Shown piece after piece: positions 47,639-57,116 of a stretch of DNA of 64,000 nt (positions are counted from its first letter, which is position 1; each line of letters opens with the position of its first letter). The notes below the pieces were generated by a model that was not told where the DNA came from, searched no databases, and was given only the letters and a program-made list of their open reading frames with translations. The DNA comes from an uncultured Bacilli bacterium (GTDB taxonomy: Bacteria; Bacillota_I; Bacilli_A; RF39; UBA660). A program made the position numbers and the translations under genes. The stretch covers positions 238-64,237 of the forward strand of contig CANRPY010000007.1 of assembly GCA_947632595.1 (NCBI GenBank), given 5' to 3'.

Positions 47639-49669
47639 ATGGCAATTTCTGAAGAAGAATTTCAAAAAGAAAAGAAAATATTACGAAAAGTATCAACACT
47701 CCTAGAAAAAACATTACAAGATCTTGGCCAAGATGTCATTCAAGATGAAGAAAACTTAACAGAATTTAAGAAAATGATGTGGGAAAATGCATCTAGTTTT
47801 GACTCTGGAGAAGCAAGTCAAGCACTATATGCAACAGCCTTAGAAGCAGACAAAGCTTATCAAAAACAAAAGTATTTTAAAAGACTATGTACAATTAAAG
47901 ATAAACCCTATTTCGCAAGTATTGTCTTTAAAGATGAAGAAGGAGAAATCTATAATATTTATATGGCACTTACTTATTTAAAAGATGCCGATTCCAACAA
48001 CATCTTATATGACTGGAGAAGTCCAATCTGTAGCTTATTCTATGACTATGAAACAGGTCCTGCTAGTTATAAAGCACCAGGGGGAACTTATTCTGGAGAA
48101 TTAAAGAGAAAAAGGCAATATAAGATAGAAAAAAGAAAGTTACTAGGAGTATTCGATAACTCCCTAAATATTGACGATGAAGTTCTACAAGAAGTACTCG
48201 CAACAGAGTCCAGTGAGAAAATGAAGAATGTTGTAAATACCATTCAACAAGAACAAAATCAAGTAATTAGAAACTTAGAAGACCATAATTTAATTGTTCA
48301 AGGAATAGCAGGAAGTGGAAAAACAACCGTTGCTCTTCACAGAATCGCATTTTTACTTTATCGCTTAAAAGAATTAAATAGTAATAATATTTTAATCTTT
48401 TCTCCCAATAATATCTTTACCGAATACATCTCAGACGTCTTACCATCTCTTGGAGAAGACAACACCCTACAAACGACTTTTGCAGACTACCTAATGTCAT
48501 TCTTAAAAGAATATCATGAAATCGAAGACTTCTCTGACTTCATCTCAAGATATTATTCATACCAAGAAGAAAACCCTGACTTTGTAGAATATAAACAAAG
48601 TGATCATATCATCGATGACATCGATGCCTTTATCGAAAATTTCTTAGATAATTGTAAATTTCTACATGACTTTAAAGAAGGAGATAAAAATCTTATCTTA
48701 AAAAATGACTTAAACGAAATGTTACATGATCGATATGAAAAACTACCTTTATTTGAAAGAGTAGAGGAAATGGCAGAGAAACTAAGTTCGAATTATTATA
48801 AAGGTTCTAGCAAAAAGAAAGCTACTTTCCTAAAATTATTATATGAAAATGCAAATTTTAAAAAGGATTATAAAGAAATTATCAAAGAATTTTATTCAAG
48901 TGATTTTTGTCGCATGAAAGTATCTGAAAAAGAAATTAGAAAATGTGTAGAAAGGGATCCTCTTCATTATGAAGATGCTTTAATTTTTGCCTACTTTAAA
49001 GGAAGATTAGAAGGATTCTTATATGAAGGAAGAATCAAACAAGTAGTAATTGATGAAGCCCAAGACTACAATAAATTACAATACATTATTATTAATAATA
49101 TCTTTAAAAAAGCAGATTTTACTATTTTAGGAGATATCAATCAAAATATAAATCCTTATTATCATTATGATTCTTTAGAAGACTTAAAACCTCTTATGAA
49201 AGAAGAATCAAAATATATTGAATTATTAAAAACCTATCGTTCTTCTCCAGAAATTATTGAATATACAAATAAAATTCTAAATTTAAAACATGTAAATGCA
49301 ATTCGTAAAGAGAACAATAAACCAGTACTCATTAGAAAAGATGTAAAAGATTTAAAAGAAAGTTTAATTGCCGACATCAAGTATCTACAAGATCAATATA
49401 AATCAATGGCTATTATTACAAAAGATGATAAAGAAGCGTTCAAATTATATGAATTATTAAAAGAGGATGTAGAAATATCCTTAGTAGAAGCAAACTCGAA
49501 ACAATTTAAAAAAGAGTGCATTATCATTCCTGCTTACGTATCAAAGGGCTTAGAGTTTGATAGTGTTATAATCTATAATGATCGAACGAATTCTTATCGG
49601 AAGAATGAAAAGAATTTATTATATGTTGCTTGTACAAGATGTCAACATGAATTAATCATCTATAACTAG
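47639..49669 (+). CDS. helD: HelD-type UvrD-like helicase (RNA polymerase recycling ATPase)
   Basis: VQGIAGSGKTTVALHRIAFLLY, VIDEAQDY, KGLEFDSVII, and a long N-terminal coiled-coil arm. Confidence 0.85.
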   Translation: MAISEEEFQKEKKILRKVSTLLEKTLQDLGQDVIQDEENLTEFKKMMWENASSFDSGEASQALYATALEADKAYQKQKYFKRLCTIKDKPYFASIVFKDEEGEIYNIYMALTYLKDADSNNILYDWRSPICSLFYDYETGPASYKAPGGTYSGELKRKRQYKIEKRKLLGVFDNSLNIDDEVLQEVLATESSEKMKNVVNTIQQEQNQVIRNLEDHNLIVQGIAGSGKTTVALHRIAFLLYRLKELNSNNILIFSPNNIFTEYISDVLPSLGEDNTLQTTFADYLMSFLKEYHEIEDFSDFISRYYSYQEENPDFVEYKQSDHIIDDIDAFIENFLDNCKFLHDFKEGDKNLILKNDLNEMLHDRYEKLPLFERVEEMAEKLSSNYYKGSSKKKATFLKLLYENANFKKDYKEIIKEFYSSDFCRMKVSEKEIRKCVERDPLHYEDALIFAYFKGRLEGFLYEGRIKQVVIDEAQDYNKLQYIIINNIFKKADFTILGDINQNINPYYHYDSLEDLKPLMKEESKYIELLKTYRSSPEIIEYTNKILNLKHVNAIRKENNKPVLIRKDVKDLKESLIADIKYLQDQYKSMAIITKDDKEAFKLYELLKEDVEISLVEANSKQFKKECIIIPAYVSKGLEFDSVIIYNDRTNSYRKNEKNLLYVACTRCQHELIIYN

Positions 49670-49689
49670 TACCTATGTACTAGTTTTTC
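49665..49689 (+). terminator. Rho-independent terminator
   Basis: ACTAGTAC-ctat-GTACTAGT hairpin plus TTTTT. Confidence 0.65.
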
Positions 49690-49709
49690 TTTACAAAAAG
49701 AGCTAAATA

Positions 49710-49718
49710 TGGTATAAT
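49710..49718 (+). promoter_or_regulatory. Extended -10 element TGgTATAAT
   Basis: Exact TGnTATAAT. It overlaps the ORF-track start at 49717, which argues for the downstream ATG at 49747. Confidence 0.5.
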
Positions 49719-49746
49719 GAGAAACATAAAAAGAGGGGGTTGCGTT

Positions 49747-51189
49747 ATGGGAGAATCTTTTTATACACAATTATCGAATCCAATAAGAAATCAAGCAGTG
49801 ATTGGAAAAGTAATTGATCAATATGTAGATAGATACAGTATGTATAGTGCAATTACGAGAAACCCAGAAGAAAAGAAAGTAACAGGATATTGTAATAGAA
49901 AAGATAGAGATGACCTATACTGTTTCTTATTTTCAGAATGGAAAATGATCATGCAAGAACTAGTAAAAAGAGATGTTTTAACAAAAGACTATAAAGGCTT
50001 AGGTAGATACTTAGTAAGATATCTACAAGATAAGAATCCAAAGACGTATGAAGAAGTAATCAAATTAATGGATGAGGAACTTTGTACAGATCCTATGGCC
50101 AAAAAAGCAATCGAACTTTTTGCATGGAATAGAATTGGAAAATATAGTGGATGGGAACATCTTCATTCGAATTATATTCGATATGGTACATCAAAAAATC
50201 AAATAATAAGACACCGTCTTTATATCAATTGTGATTCAACAGTCGTTCACAAAATTGCATTAAAATTTATTCAAAAATGTAATGCTGTTCATTCCTCTTA
50301 CTACCTAAAGTTTGATGATATTGGAAATCGTAGTGATACTTTAGTTGTATATTCAGATAGAAAACACCTTCCTCTCTATGTAAGAATCTTAAAAGAAATT
50401 ATCGAAGAAGAAAAATTAAGTCTAAATATGCATACACCTCCACTTTTAACAAGTAAAATAGGAAGTTTTATTGGATATGGTTCCGAACCACAAGAAAAAG
50501 ATACTTCATTTAATGAAAAAAGAGCAGAGCACTTAGAGTACTGTATGAAAAATGAGTATGCCAACTGGTTGAAGAAAAATAAAAATGCAACCGTAACGAA
50601 AAATAATACCTCTTGTACTTATGAGGAATACCTAGTAAGAGCCATTACCCAAAATACGTATCAGTATTATTTAGAGAATACAAAAGATACGCAAGAAGAA
50701 AGAACTAGAAAAGGATATCAAAAAAGAGATTTGAATACACAAAACTTCTTAAATCAAGTAAGAAGAACCATTCAACAAAATTGGGTTGCCATCACTTCTT
50801 ACTTACAAGGAGCAGGGATCCAATCAACAATCGAATTTCCTTTCCTAAATGGAAGAATAAGAATCAATTCTTCTATTTTAGAAAAAACTAGAAAAGAACA
50901 AATCGCTTTTCTATATCATAATTCTGAATCTTTCCGTACATCTTTACTAAAAAGAATCAAAGATACGTCTCATAATTTCGGAATAGATCCAGAAAACTAT
51001 GCATGTGACTTATATGTAAAACAAGAATTACAAGAAGAAAATCATGGTGTTAAAAACCTTCATCCTACAAACAATGTGGAACCAAATGTTACTTATCAAA
51101 GAGCTCCACAACGTAGAAAAAAAGCATACATTTATCAACCTATGAGCGAGGAAGAAATCAAAGCAGCACAAAAAAAATTAGGATTTTAA
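49747..51189 (+). CDS. Hypothetical protein (weak resemblance to the HopA1-type effector family)
   Basis: AGAGGGGG RBS 7 nt before ATG 49747. The block HRLYINCDSTVVHKIALKFIQKC...YLKFDD...RSDTLVVYSD recalls the R.Y.N...K.....R.D..V.Y pattern of that family, recalled from memory. Confidence 0.3.
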   Translation: MGESFYTQLSNPIRNQAVIGKVIDQYVDRYSMYSAITRNPEEKKVTGYCNRKDRDDLYCFLFSEWKMIMQELVKRDVLTKDYKGLGRYLVRYLQDKNPKTYEEVIKLMDEELCTDPMAKKAIELFAWNRIGKYSGWEHLHSNYIRYGTSKNQIIRHRLYINCDSTVVHKIALKFIQKCNAVHSSYYLKFDDIGNRSDTLVVYSDRKHLPLYVRILKEIIEEEKLSLNMHTPPLLTSKIGSFIGYGSEPQEKDTSFNEKRAEHLEYCMKNEYANWLKKNKNATVTKNNTSCTYEEYLVRAITQNTYQYYLENTKDTQEERTRKGYQKRDLNTQNFLNQVRRTIQQNWVAITSYLQGAGIQSTIEFPFLNGRIRINSSILEKTRKEQIAFLYHNSESFRTSLLKRIKDTSHNFGIDPENYACDLYVKQELQEENHGVKNLHPTNNVEPNVTYQRAPQRRKKAYIYQPMSEEEIKAAQKKLGF

Positions 51190-51190
51190 A

Positions 51191-51216
51191 AAGAGGAAAT
51201 TACTCCTCTTTTTTGC
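51191..51216. terminator. Bidirectional terminator between convergent genes
   Basis: AAGAGGA-aattac-TCCTCTT hairpin flanked by A and T runs. Confidence 0.6.
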
Positions 51217-52603
51217 TAGAAAGTGGCATGCGGAAATAGAAAGTAGATCCTTCTCCAACAACACTATCCACTCCATACGGAAATTGATGTTTTTCTAAAA
51301 TACTTTTTACAATCGATAACCCAAGACCAGTTCCCACAAGATTTCTTTGATGATTTTTCTGACTCTTATAATAACGATTCCAAATATAAGGAATCTCTTC
51401 TTTTGGAATTCCTTTTCCCGTATCCTTAATCTGTACCAAAACATCCTCTTTTTCTACTTGAAGGTGAATCTCAACTTTATGATCTTCTCCTGTATAAGTA
51501 ATCGCATTATTAATCAAATTATAGAGTACCTGTTCCATTTTTCTTTTATCCGCAACAACATAAATTCTTTTCTTATTCGATTGGAAAGAAAACTCATATT
51601 GATTCAACTCTTCATAAAAAGAATATCTCTTTAAAATCTCTTGAATGAGTTCATATAAATGAAATTTTTCCATCTCTAACTCATCAATATGACTCTCCAT
51701 TTTAGAAAGATCTAAAATATCGTTCACTAAATTGGATAATCGATCTGTCTCCGATACAATGATATCCATATCTTCTTTTTGTTTGATAGGATCCTTCGCA
51801 TGTAAATCTTGACTCATTTCTGCATAAGCCTTAATCATAGTAAGAGGAGTCTTTAAATCATGAGAAACATTGGACATTAATTCTCTTCGTAAATCATCTG
51901 TCTTTTGTAATTCTAATCTTGCAAAGTTAAGAGTATTACTAAACTCATTTAATTCTAAGATAGAACTTTGATCGTCAAATGGACTTTCTAAATCTCCACT
52001 GGCAAGCCTTTTTGACTGTTCATTTAATTGATGAATTGGTCTTGCAAGATACTTAGAAATCCATAGACTAAGAAAAAAAGATAAGACAAAGACCAAAATC
52101 ATGACAACAACAAGTTGTTTTTTTAACACCGCTGCCGTCTGATCAATAGGTTCCAGTGGGGTATGTATAAAAGCATATTGTGAATCATTTAACTTAAGGG
52201 CATACACTAAAGTTTGATTCTCATACTGATCATTTTGAAATGAATTAGTATTCTCTTCTAATCCACTATGAATAAATTGCTCAATATAAGATGACTTTAA
52301 GTTCCCATCCATTAAACAGCCTTTCTCAAAGAAAATAGATTCATATAAGTAATGATTAGAATCGGTAATCGTAATACAAACCTCATTCTCAATAGAAACC
52401 CCATCTAAAAGAGAAACAAAGTTATCTTTCGTTTGATTTTTTAAGATAAAATTACCAACTTTTTGTATACTTTTTTCTTTCTCATGTTGATAAAACTGTT
52501 TTAAAAATAAGACTTGAAAGCCCCACAAGAATCCTAAGATAAGAATAGAAAAAAGAAAAAAGAAACAAAGAAAATGAAAACGTAAACTATTTTTCTTCCA
52601 CAT
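51200..52603 (-). CDS. Sensor histidine kinase
   Basis: Two TM segments flank a sensor domain of about 120 aa. HAMP linker, H-box SHDLKTPLT, N-box NLINNAITYT, and G-boxes DTGKGI and GTGLGLSIV. Confidence 0.88.
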   Translation of the reverse strand: MWKKNSLRFHFLCFFFLFSILILGFLWGFQVLFLKQFYQHEKEKSIQKVGNFILKNQTKDNFVSLLDGVSIENEVCITITDSNHYLYESIFFEKGCLMDGNLKSSYIEQFIHSGLEENTNSFQNDQYENQTLVYALKLNDSQYAFIHTPLEPIDQTAAVLKKQLVVVMILVFVLSFFLSLWISKYLARPIHQLNEQSKRLASGDLESPFDDQSSILELNEFSNTLNFARLELQKTDDLRRELMSNVSHDLKTPLTMIKAYAEMSQDLHAKDPIKQKEDMDIIVSETDRLSNLVNDILDLSKMESHIDELEMEKFHLYELIQEILKRYSFYEELNQYEFSFQSNKKRIYVVADKRKMEQVLYNLINNAITYTGEDHKVEIHLQVEKEDVLVQIKDTGKGIPKEEIPYIWNRYYKSQKNHQRNLVGTGLGLSIVKSILEKHQFPYGVDSVVGEGSTFYFRMPLSSKKEE

Positions 52604-53252
52604 ATTTATAACCTATACCATGTACAGTAACAATACACTTCCGGTAACTTCCTAGGCTATTACGAAGCATCTTAATATGTGTATCAACTGTACGGTCCTC
52701 TCCAAAAAAGTCATACCCCCAAACATGAGATAAAAGTTGTTCTCGAGAAAGAGCAATTCCTTTGTTTTTAATAAGGTAAGACAATAAATCAAATTCTTTT
52801 GGGGTAACAGAGATTTCTTTTTGATCAATAAAAATACTTCTAGATAAGAAATGAACTTCTAATCCTTGATATGTATAAATATCTCCTATAGAACTTTGAC
52901 ATCTTGCTAAAACAGCCTTTACTCTAGCAATCAATTCTTTCGGAGAAAAAGGTTTGGTAACATAATCATCAATTCCAAGAGAGAATCCGGATAGTTTATC
53001 TACTTCTTCTCCTCTTGCGGATAAGACAATAGTAGGAATTCTCTTTTCCTTAGGAATCTCTTTTAATAAGGTAAAGCCATCCATCTGAGGCATCATAATA
53101 TCTAAGATTAAAAGATCAAAATCCTGTTTCAAAATCATAGAAAGAGCATCTTCTCCGTTACTTGCTAAAAAAACATCATATTGATTGGCTTTTAAATATT
53201 CAGAGATTACATCTTGAATTAACTTTTCATCATCTACAACTAATATCTTCAT
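52587..53252 (-). CDS. OmpR-family response regulator
   Basis: GGAGG RBS 8 nt before ATG 53252 (MKILVVDD). LLILDIMMP. Winged-helix C-terminus TVDTHIKMLRNSL...GIGYKY. 17-nt overlap with the kinase gene. Confidence 0.9.
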   Translation of the reverse strand: MKILVVDDEKLIQDVISEYLKANQYDVFLASNGEDALSMILKQDFDLLILDIMMPQMDGFTLLKEIPKEKRIPTIVLSARGEEVDKLSGFSLGIDDYVTKPFSPKELIARVKAVLARCQSSIGDIYTYQGLEVHFLSRSIFIDQKEISVTPKEFDLLSYLIKNKGIALSREQLLSHVWGYDFFGEDRTVDTHIKMLRNSLGSYRKCIVTVHGIGYKYVEEK

Positions 53253-53307
53253 GGAACAATCCTCCAAATAACTATATTATACAATAAAAGTGAAAGTTTC
53301 GTGAAAT

Positions 53308-54591
53308 TTAAGAAAAATAACGCCGAATTCGAAAAAATTGAAAGAAAAATAAGAAAAGAATATTCGTAAGAAAAGAAAATAGTAATCCATAGATGCCAAA
53401 GCCTAAGAATAAATAGAGAATAAGAGAAAGAATTCTAACCAAAGAACTAAAGAAAGAGGCATAGAAAATCTCTTTTGTTTTTCCTATGGCTAAAAAGAAA
53501 TAAGAGAAAATAGATTGAGAGTAATAAAAGAAAGAAAATGGAGCTAAAATCTTTAAATAAGAATAACCTTGAGTAGAGTGATATAAGAAAAATAAGAGCC
53601 TCTCTCCAAAAAGTAGAAAACAAATACAAAAGCAAAGACTAAAAACAAAGAATCCAAATAATTCTAAGAAAAAGATTTTCTTAAGATTCTCTTTTCTTCC
53701 TAATTCATATTCCCTAGTCTCATAAGATAAAATAGATTGCACGAACGCATACGTAAAAAAAGTAGGTAAGAAGTATAGAGGAAAAACATATCCTGTAAGA
53801 ACTCCATAATCTTGTAAAATAAGACTCTTTGATGCCCCAAGAGAAAGTAAAATACTCGTATATAAAATAGGTTCCAAGAAATAAGTAAGATTTCCTAAAA
53901 GAGTACCACTAATATTAGGAAGAGATAAAAATAAGACTTCTTTTAGATAAGAAAAATGAAAAGAAGTATTGGAAAAATCAATCTTTTTCGGTAAGAAAAG
54001 AAGTAAAAGAAAAGTAGAAGACAATTCACTAACAATATTAAATAAAAGAAAAGAAACAACAACAATAACCGTAGAATATTGCATCAGATGAGGAATCACA
54101 AAGAGTAGAAAACCAAGACGTAAAGAGTTTTCTAAAATATTGGATAGTACTGAAGGAAACATTCTCTCTTTCCCAATAAAATAACTTCTAAAAATACTAG
54201 ATAAGGTGGTAAAAGGAATCACTATCGCAATAGCAAGTAAAGGGTAATAAGTATCTGGATTATGAAGCAAATGCTTACTAAAAAAAGGAGCTAAGAAAAG
54301 AATGATGAAAAAAAGCAAGAAATTATACAGAAGAATAAAAGAAGTAATGGTAAAAAACAGATTCTTATTTTTCTTCTTGTTTGTCGCAACCATTCTCGAT
54401 AAAGAAAGAGGAACTCCTGCTTGACCAAGACTCATAAATAAAGAAAAAGTAGGTAAGACAAGCATATACAATGAAATACCGTCAAGTCCAAGTCTTCTTG
54501 ACATCAAGATTTTGATAAACATTCCTAAAAATTTCGTGATACAACCACCAATTAATAAGATAAAAGTAGATTTGATAAATTGTTTTCTCAT
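53308..54591 (-). CDS. MOP-superfamily flippase (SpoVB/MurJ-like polysaccharide biosynthesis protein)
   Basis: MRKQFIKSTFILLIGGCITKFLGMFIKILMSRRLGLDGISLY opening typical of SpoVB-type flippases; about 12 TM segments. The start is taken at Met 35 of the ORF-track frame. Confidence 0.7.
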   Translation of the reverse strand: MRKQFIKSTFILLIGGCITKFLGMFIKILMSRRLGLDGISLYMLVLPTFSLFMSLGQAGVPLSLSRMVATNKKKNKNLFFTITSFILLYNFLLFFIILFLAPFFSKHLLHNPDTYYPLLAIAIVIPFTTLSSIFRSYFIGKERMFPSVLSNILENSLRLGFLLFVIPHLMQYSTVIVVVSFLLFNIVSELSSTFLLLLFLPKKIDFSNTSFHFSYLKEVLFLSLPNISGTLLGNLTYFLEPILYTSILLSLGASKSLILQDYGVLTGYVFPLYFLPTFFTYAFVQSILSYETREYELGRKENLKKIFFLELFGFFVFSLCFCICFLLFGERLLFFLYHSTQGYSYLKILAPFSFFYYSQSIFSYFFLAIGKTKEIFYASFFSSLVRILSLILYLFLGFGIYGLLFSFLTNILFLFFFQFFRIRRYFS

Positions 54592-54729
54592 AGTAAAAAA
54601 TATGAAAAAAAATAAAAAAATATGTAAATTGTTGCAAAAGTATGATATAGTTAAATAAAGATTGGATAGCAAAACAAAAGATAAGAGATACAAGTAGTAA
54701 CAAGCTATTACAAAAATGAAAATTATGAG

Positions 54730-55737
54730 GTGACTAAATTGAGCGATTTAATGGCATTCCTAACATCAAAAGAAATAATAATTGTTTATATAATAGCCGG
54801 ATTAGCGTGTTTTATATGCTTTATTGTTTATTTAGTGGAAAGAAATAATGAAAGAATTAGAAAAAAACATAATACCAAAGAGTTAAATAAACTAGTACAA
54901 GAAATTAGAGAAAGACTTCCAGAAACCGAAGAGGAAGTTATGTATGAGACACCTATCTTAGAAACAATTTTAGAAGGAACAGATAATTCTAAAGTTGCGA
55001 CTGAACCATTGATTATAGCTCCAATTCATGTAGAAGAAACGGTAGAAGAAAATACGGTTGTAGAGCCTACTCCTGTTGTAGAAGAGAAAGTAGAGACTCC
55101 TGAGATTATCGCAACAGAAGAGTTACAATATACATCGATTGAACCAGATCAAGAAACAGCAAAACTTCAATTAAAACAATTAGAAGAAGAGTTAGAAAAA
55201 CAAGAAGATATAGAAGAAGTAAGAAATGCAACTCTTGCTAGTTTCGAAGAAGAACAAGAACGTACAGCAATTATTAGTATGGATGAACTATTATCAAAAG
55301 GTAGACAATTATATGAAGCAAATGATATCGTTCAATATGAAGATGAAGGAAACGAGCCAATTTCTCTACAAGATTTAGAAAGAAGAGTAGAGAAAAAAGC
55401 TGCAGTGTATGAAGAACCATTTATCATTGAAAATGTTGTAGAAGAAGAGACTGTGGAAGAGCAAGCACCAGTTGCAGAAGAACCACAAATGGTAATGCAT
55501 ATGGATGATTTCCATACCATCCAAGAAGCAACGGTTATGCCAGTAAAACAAGCCCCAGTAGAGAGAAAATTCAAGAGTACTCCATTTATTTCTCCAATCT
55601 ATGGAATTGAGAAAGATCCATCGGATCAAAGTCTATCTTTAGAAAATACGGCAAATTATGAGAAGTTAGATGCAGAAATTAGAAAATCAAATGAATTTGT
55701 AATGTCATTACAAGAACTAAAAAATAAAGGTGATTAA
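54730..55737 (+). CDS. N-terminally anchored, highly acidic membrane protein; start uncertain (GTG 54730, TTG 54739 or ATG 54751)
   Basis: TM IIIVYIIAGLACFICFIVYLV, then an E/V/T-rich region, then a conserved-looking tail FKSTPFISPIYGIEKD. Confidence 0.5.
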   Translation: MTKLSDLMAFLTSKEIIIVYIIAGLACFICFIVYLVERNNERIRKKHNTKELNKLVQEIRERLPETEEEVMYETPILETILEGTDNSKVATEPLIIAPIHVEETVEENTVVEPTPVVEEKVETPEIIATEELQYTSIEPDQETAKLQLKQLEEELEKQEDIEEVRNATLASFEEEQERTAIISMDELLSKGRQLYEANDIVQYEDEGNEPISLQDLERRVEKKAAVYEEPFIIENVVEEETVEEQAPVAEEPQMVMHMDDFHTIQEATVMPVKQAPVERKFKSTPFISPIYGIEKDPSDQSLSLENTANYEKLDAEIRKSNEFVMSLQELKNKGD

Positions 55738-55761
55738 GCTCGAGAAAATCTCGAGTTTTTC
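55738..55761 (+). terminator. Rho-independent terminator
   Basis: CTCGAGA-aaa-TCTCGAG hairpin plus TTTTT. Confidence 0.65.
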
Positions 55762-55781
55762 TTTGAGAAAGGCGACTAGTA

Positions 55782-55790
55782 TGTTATAAT
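55782..55790 (+). promoter_or_regulatory. Extended -10 element TGtTATAAT
   Basis: Exact TGnTATAAT 29 nt upstream of ATG 55819. Confidence 0.5.
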
Positions 55791-55818
55791 AAGAAAATCA
55801 ATTAGGGGAAGTGAAACC

Positions 55819-57087
55819 ATGAAAACAGTAGGAATCTATACATTAGGTTGCAAAGTAAATACTTATGAATCAGAATATGTCCTAAATGAATTAAAAAAGA
55901 ATGGATACGAAATAAAAGATTTTAATGATGTATGTGATGTTTATATTATAAATACCTGTACAGTAACAAATAATAGTGATAGTAAATCAAGAAAAATGAT
56001 TCGTCAAGCAATCAAAAAGAATCCCAATGCTTGTGTAGTTGCCATGGGATGTTTCATCGCAGCGAACCAAAATTATCAAGAAGATGGTCTAGATATTGTA
56101 TTAGGAAATAAAGATAAATCAAAAATAGTCAGCCTATTAGAAGAATATTTTGAAACAAAAGAACAAATTCGTTGTGATTATAAAGAACGTTTAAAAGACT
56201 TTGAAGATATGGAAATCACAGACTTTCCAGGTAGAACAAGAGCATTTGTTAAAATACAAGATGGATGTGATAACTTTTGTGCATACTGTATTATTCCTTA
56301 TGTAAGAGGAAAATGTAGAAGTAAATCAGAAGAAAAGGTGATAGAAGAAGTAGAAAACCTTGTAAAAAATGGATATAAAGAAATAGTCTTAACAGGAATC
56401 CATACAGGTAGTTATGGAGTAGATTTAGAGACCAACTTTGCAGATTTATTAAGAAAATTAGGAAAGATAGAAGGACTACATCGACTTAGAATCTCATCCA
56501 TTGAAATCACGGAATTAACAAGCGAGGTTTTAGACTGTTTAAGAGAAGAAAAAGTATTAGTAGATCACCTACATATTCCAATTCAAGCAGGAAGCGATGA
56601 GATCCTAAAAAGAATGAGAAGAAAATATACTTTAGAAGAATTTAAAAAGAAAATAGAAGAAATTAGATCGATTCAAAAAGACATTTCAATAAGTACCGAC
56701 ATCATTGTAGGATTTCCTGGAGAAACAGAAGAATTATTTGAACAAAGTATCAAAACTTGCAAAGAAATAGGTTTTTCAAAACTGCATGTATTTCCATATA
56801 GTGAAAGAAAAGGAACCCTATCTTCTAAGATGGATGGAAAAATAGAAGAATCTGTTAAGAAAGCAAGAGCAAGAAAATTAATAGAAGTATCCAAAGAATT
56901 AGAAATAAAATATATGGAAAAGTTTATAGGAAAAGAAGTAGAAGTCTTAATAGAAGAAGAAAAAGAGGGATTCTGTTATGGACATACAGGAAACTACTTA
57001 CATGTTAGAGTGAAAGATAAGTATCCGCACAATGAAATCGTAAAAGTAACGATTAAAAAAGTAAATTATCCATATTGTGAAGCATAA
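55819..57087 (+). CDS. mtaB: tRNA (t6A37) methylthiotransferase, MtaB type
   Basis: YTLGCKVNTYESEY MTTase N-domain, radical SAM CDNFCAYC, and a C-terminal TRAM-like segment. Confidence 0.85.
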   Translation: MKTVGIYTLGCKVNTYESEYVLNELKKNGYEIKDFNDVCDVYIINTCTVTNNSDSKSRKMIRQAIKKNPNACVVAMGCFIAANQNYQEDGLDIVLGNKDKSKIVSLLEEYFETKEQIRCDYKERLKDFEDMEITDFPGRTRAFVKIQDGCDNFCAYCIIPYVRGKCRSKSEEKVIEEVENLVKNGYKEIVLTGIHTGSYGVDLETNFADLLRKLGKIEGLHRLRISSIEITELTSEVLDCLREEKVLVDHLHIPIQAGSDEILKRMRRKYTLEEFKKKIEEIRSIQKDISISTDIIVGFPGETEELFEQSIKTCKEIGFSKLHVFPYSERKGTLSSKMDGKIEESVKKARARKLIEVSKELEIKYMEKFIGKEVEVLIEEEKEGFCYGHTGNYLHVRVKDKYPHNEIVKVTIKKVNYPYCEA

Positions 57088-57116
57088 AAAATAGGATGAA
57101 TATCATCCTATTTTTC
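57086..57116. terminator. Bidirectional terminator between convergent genes
   Basis: ATAGGATGA-ata-TCATCCTAT hairpin flanked by AAAAA and TTTTT. Confidence 0.7.

Noticed and set aside
49717-49746. Upstream start of the 490-aa ORF
   Set aside because: ATG 49717 lies inside the TGgTATAAT -10 element. ATG 49747 follows a strong AGAGGGGG RBS.
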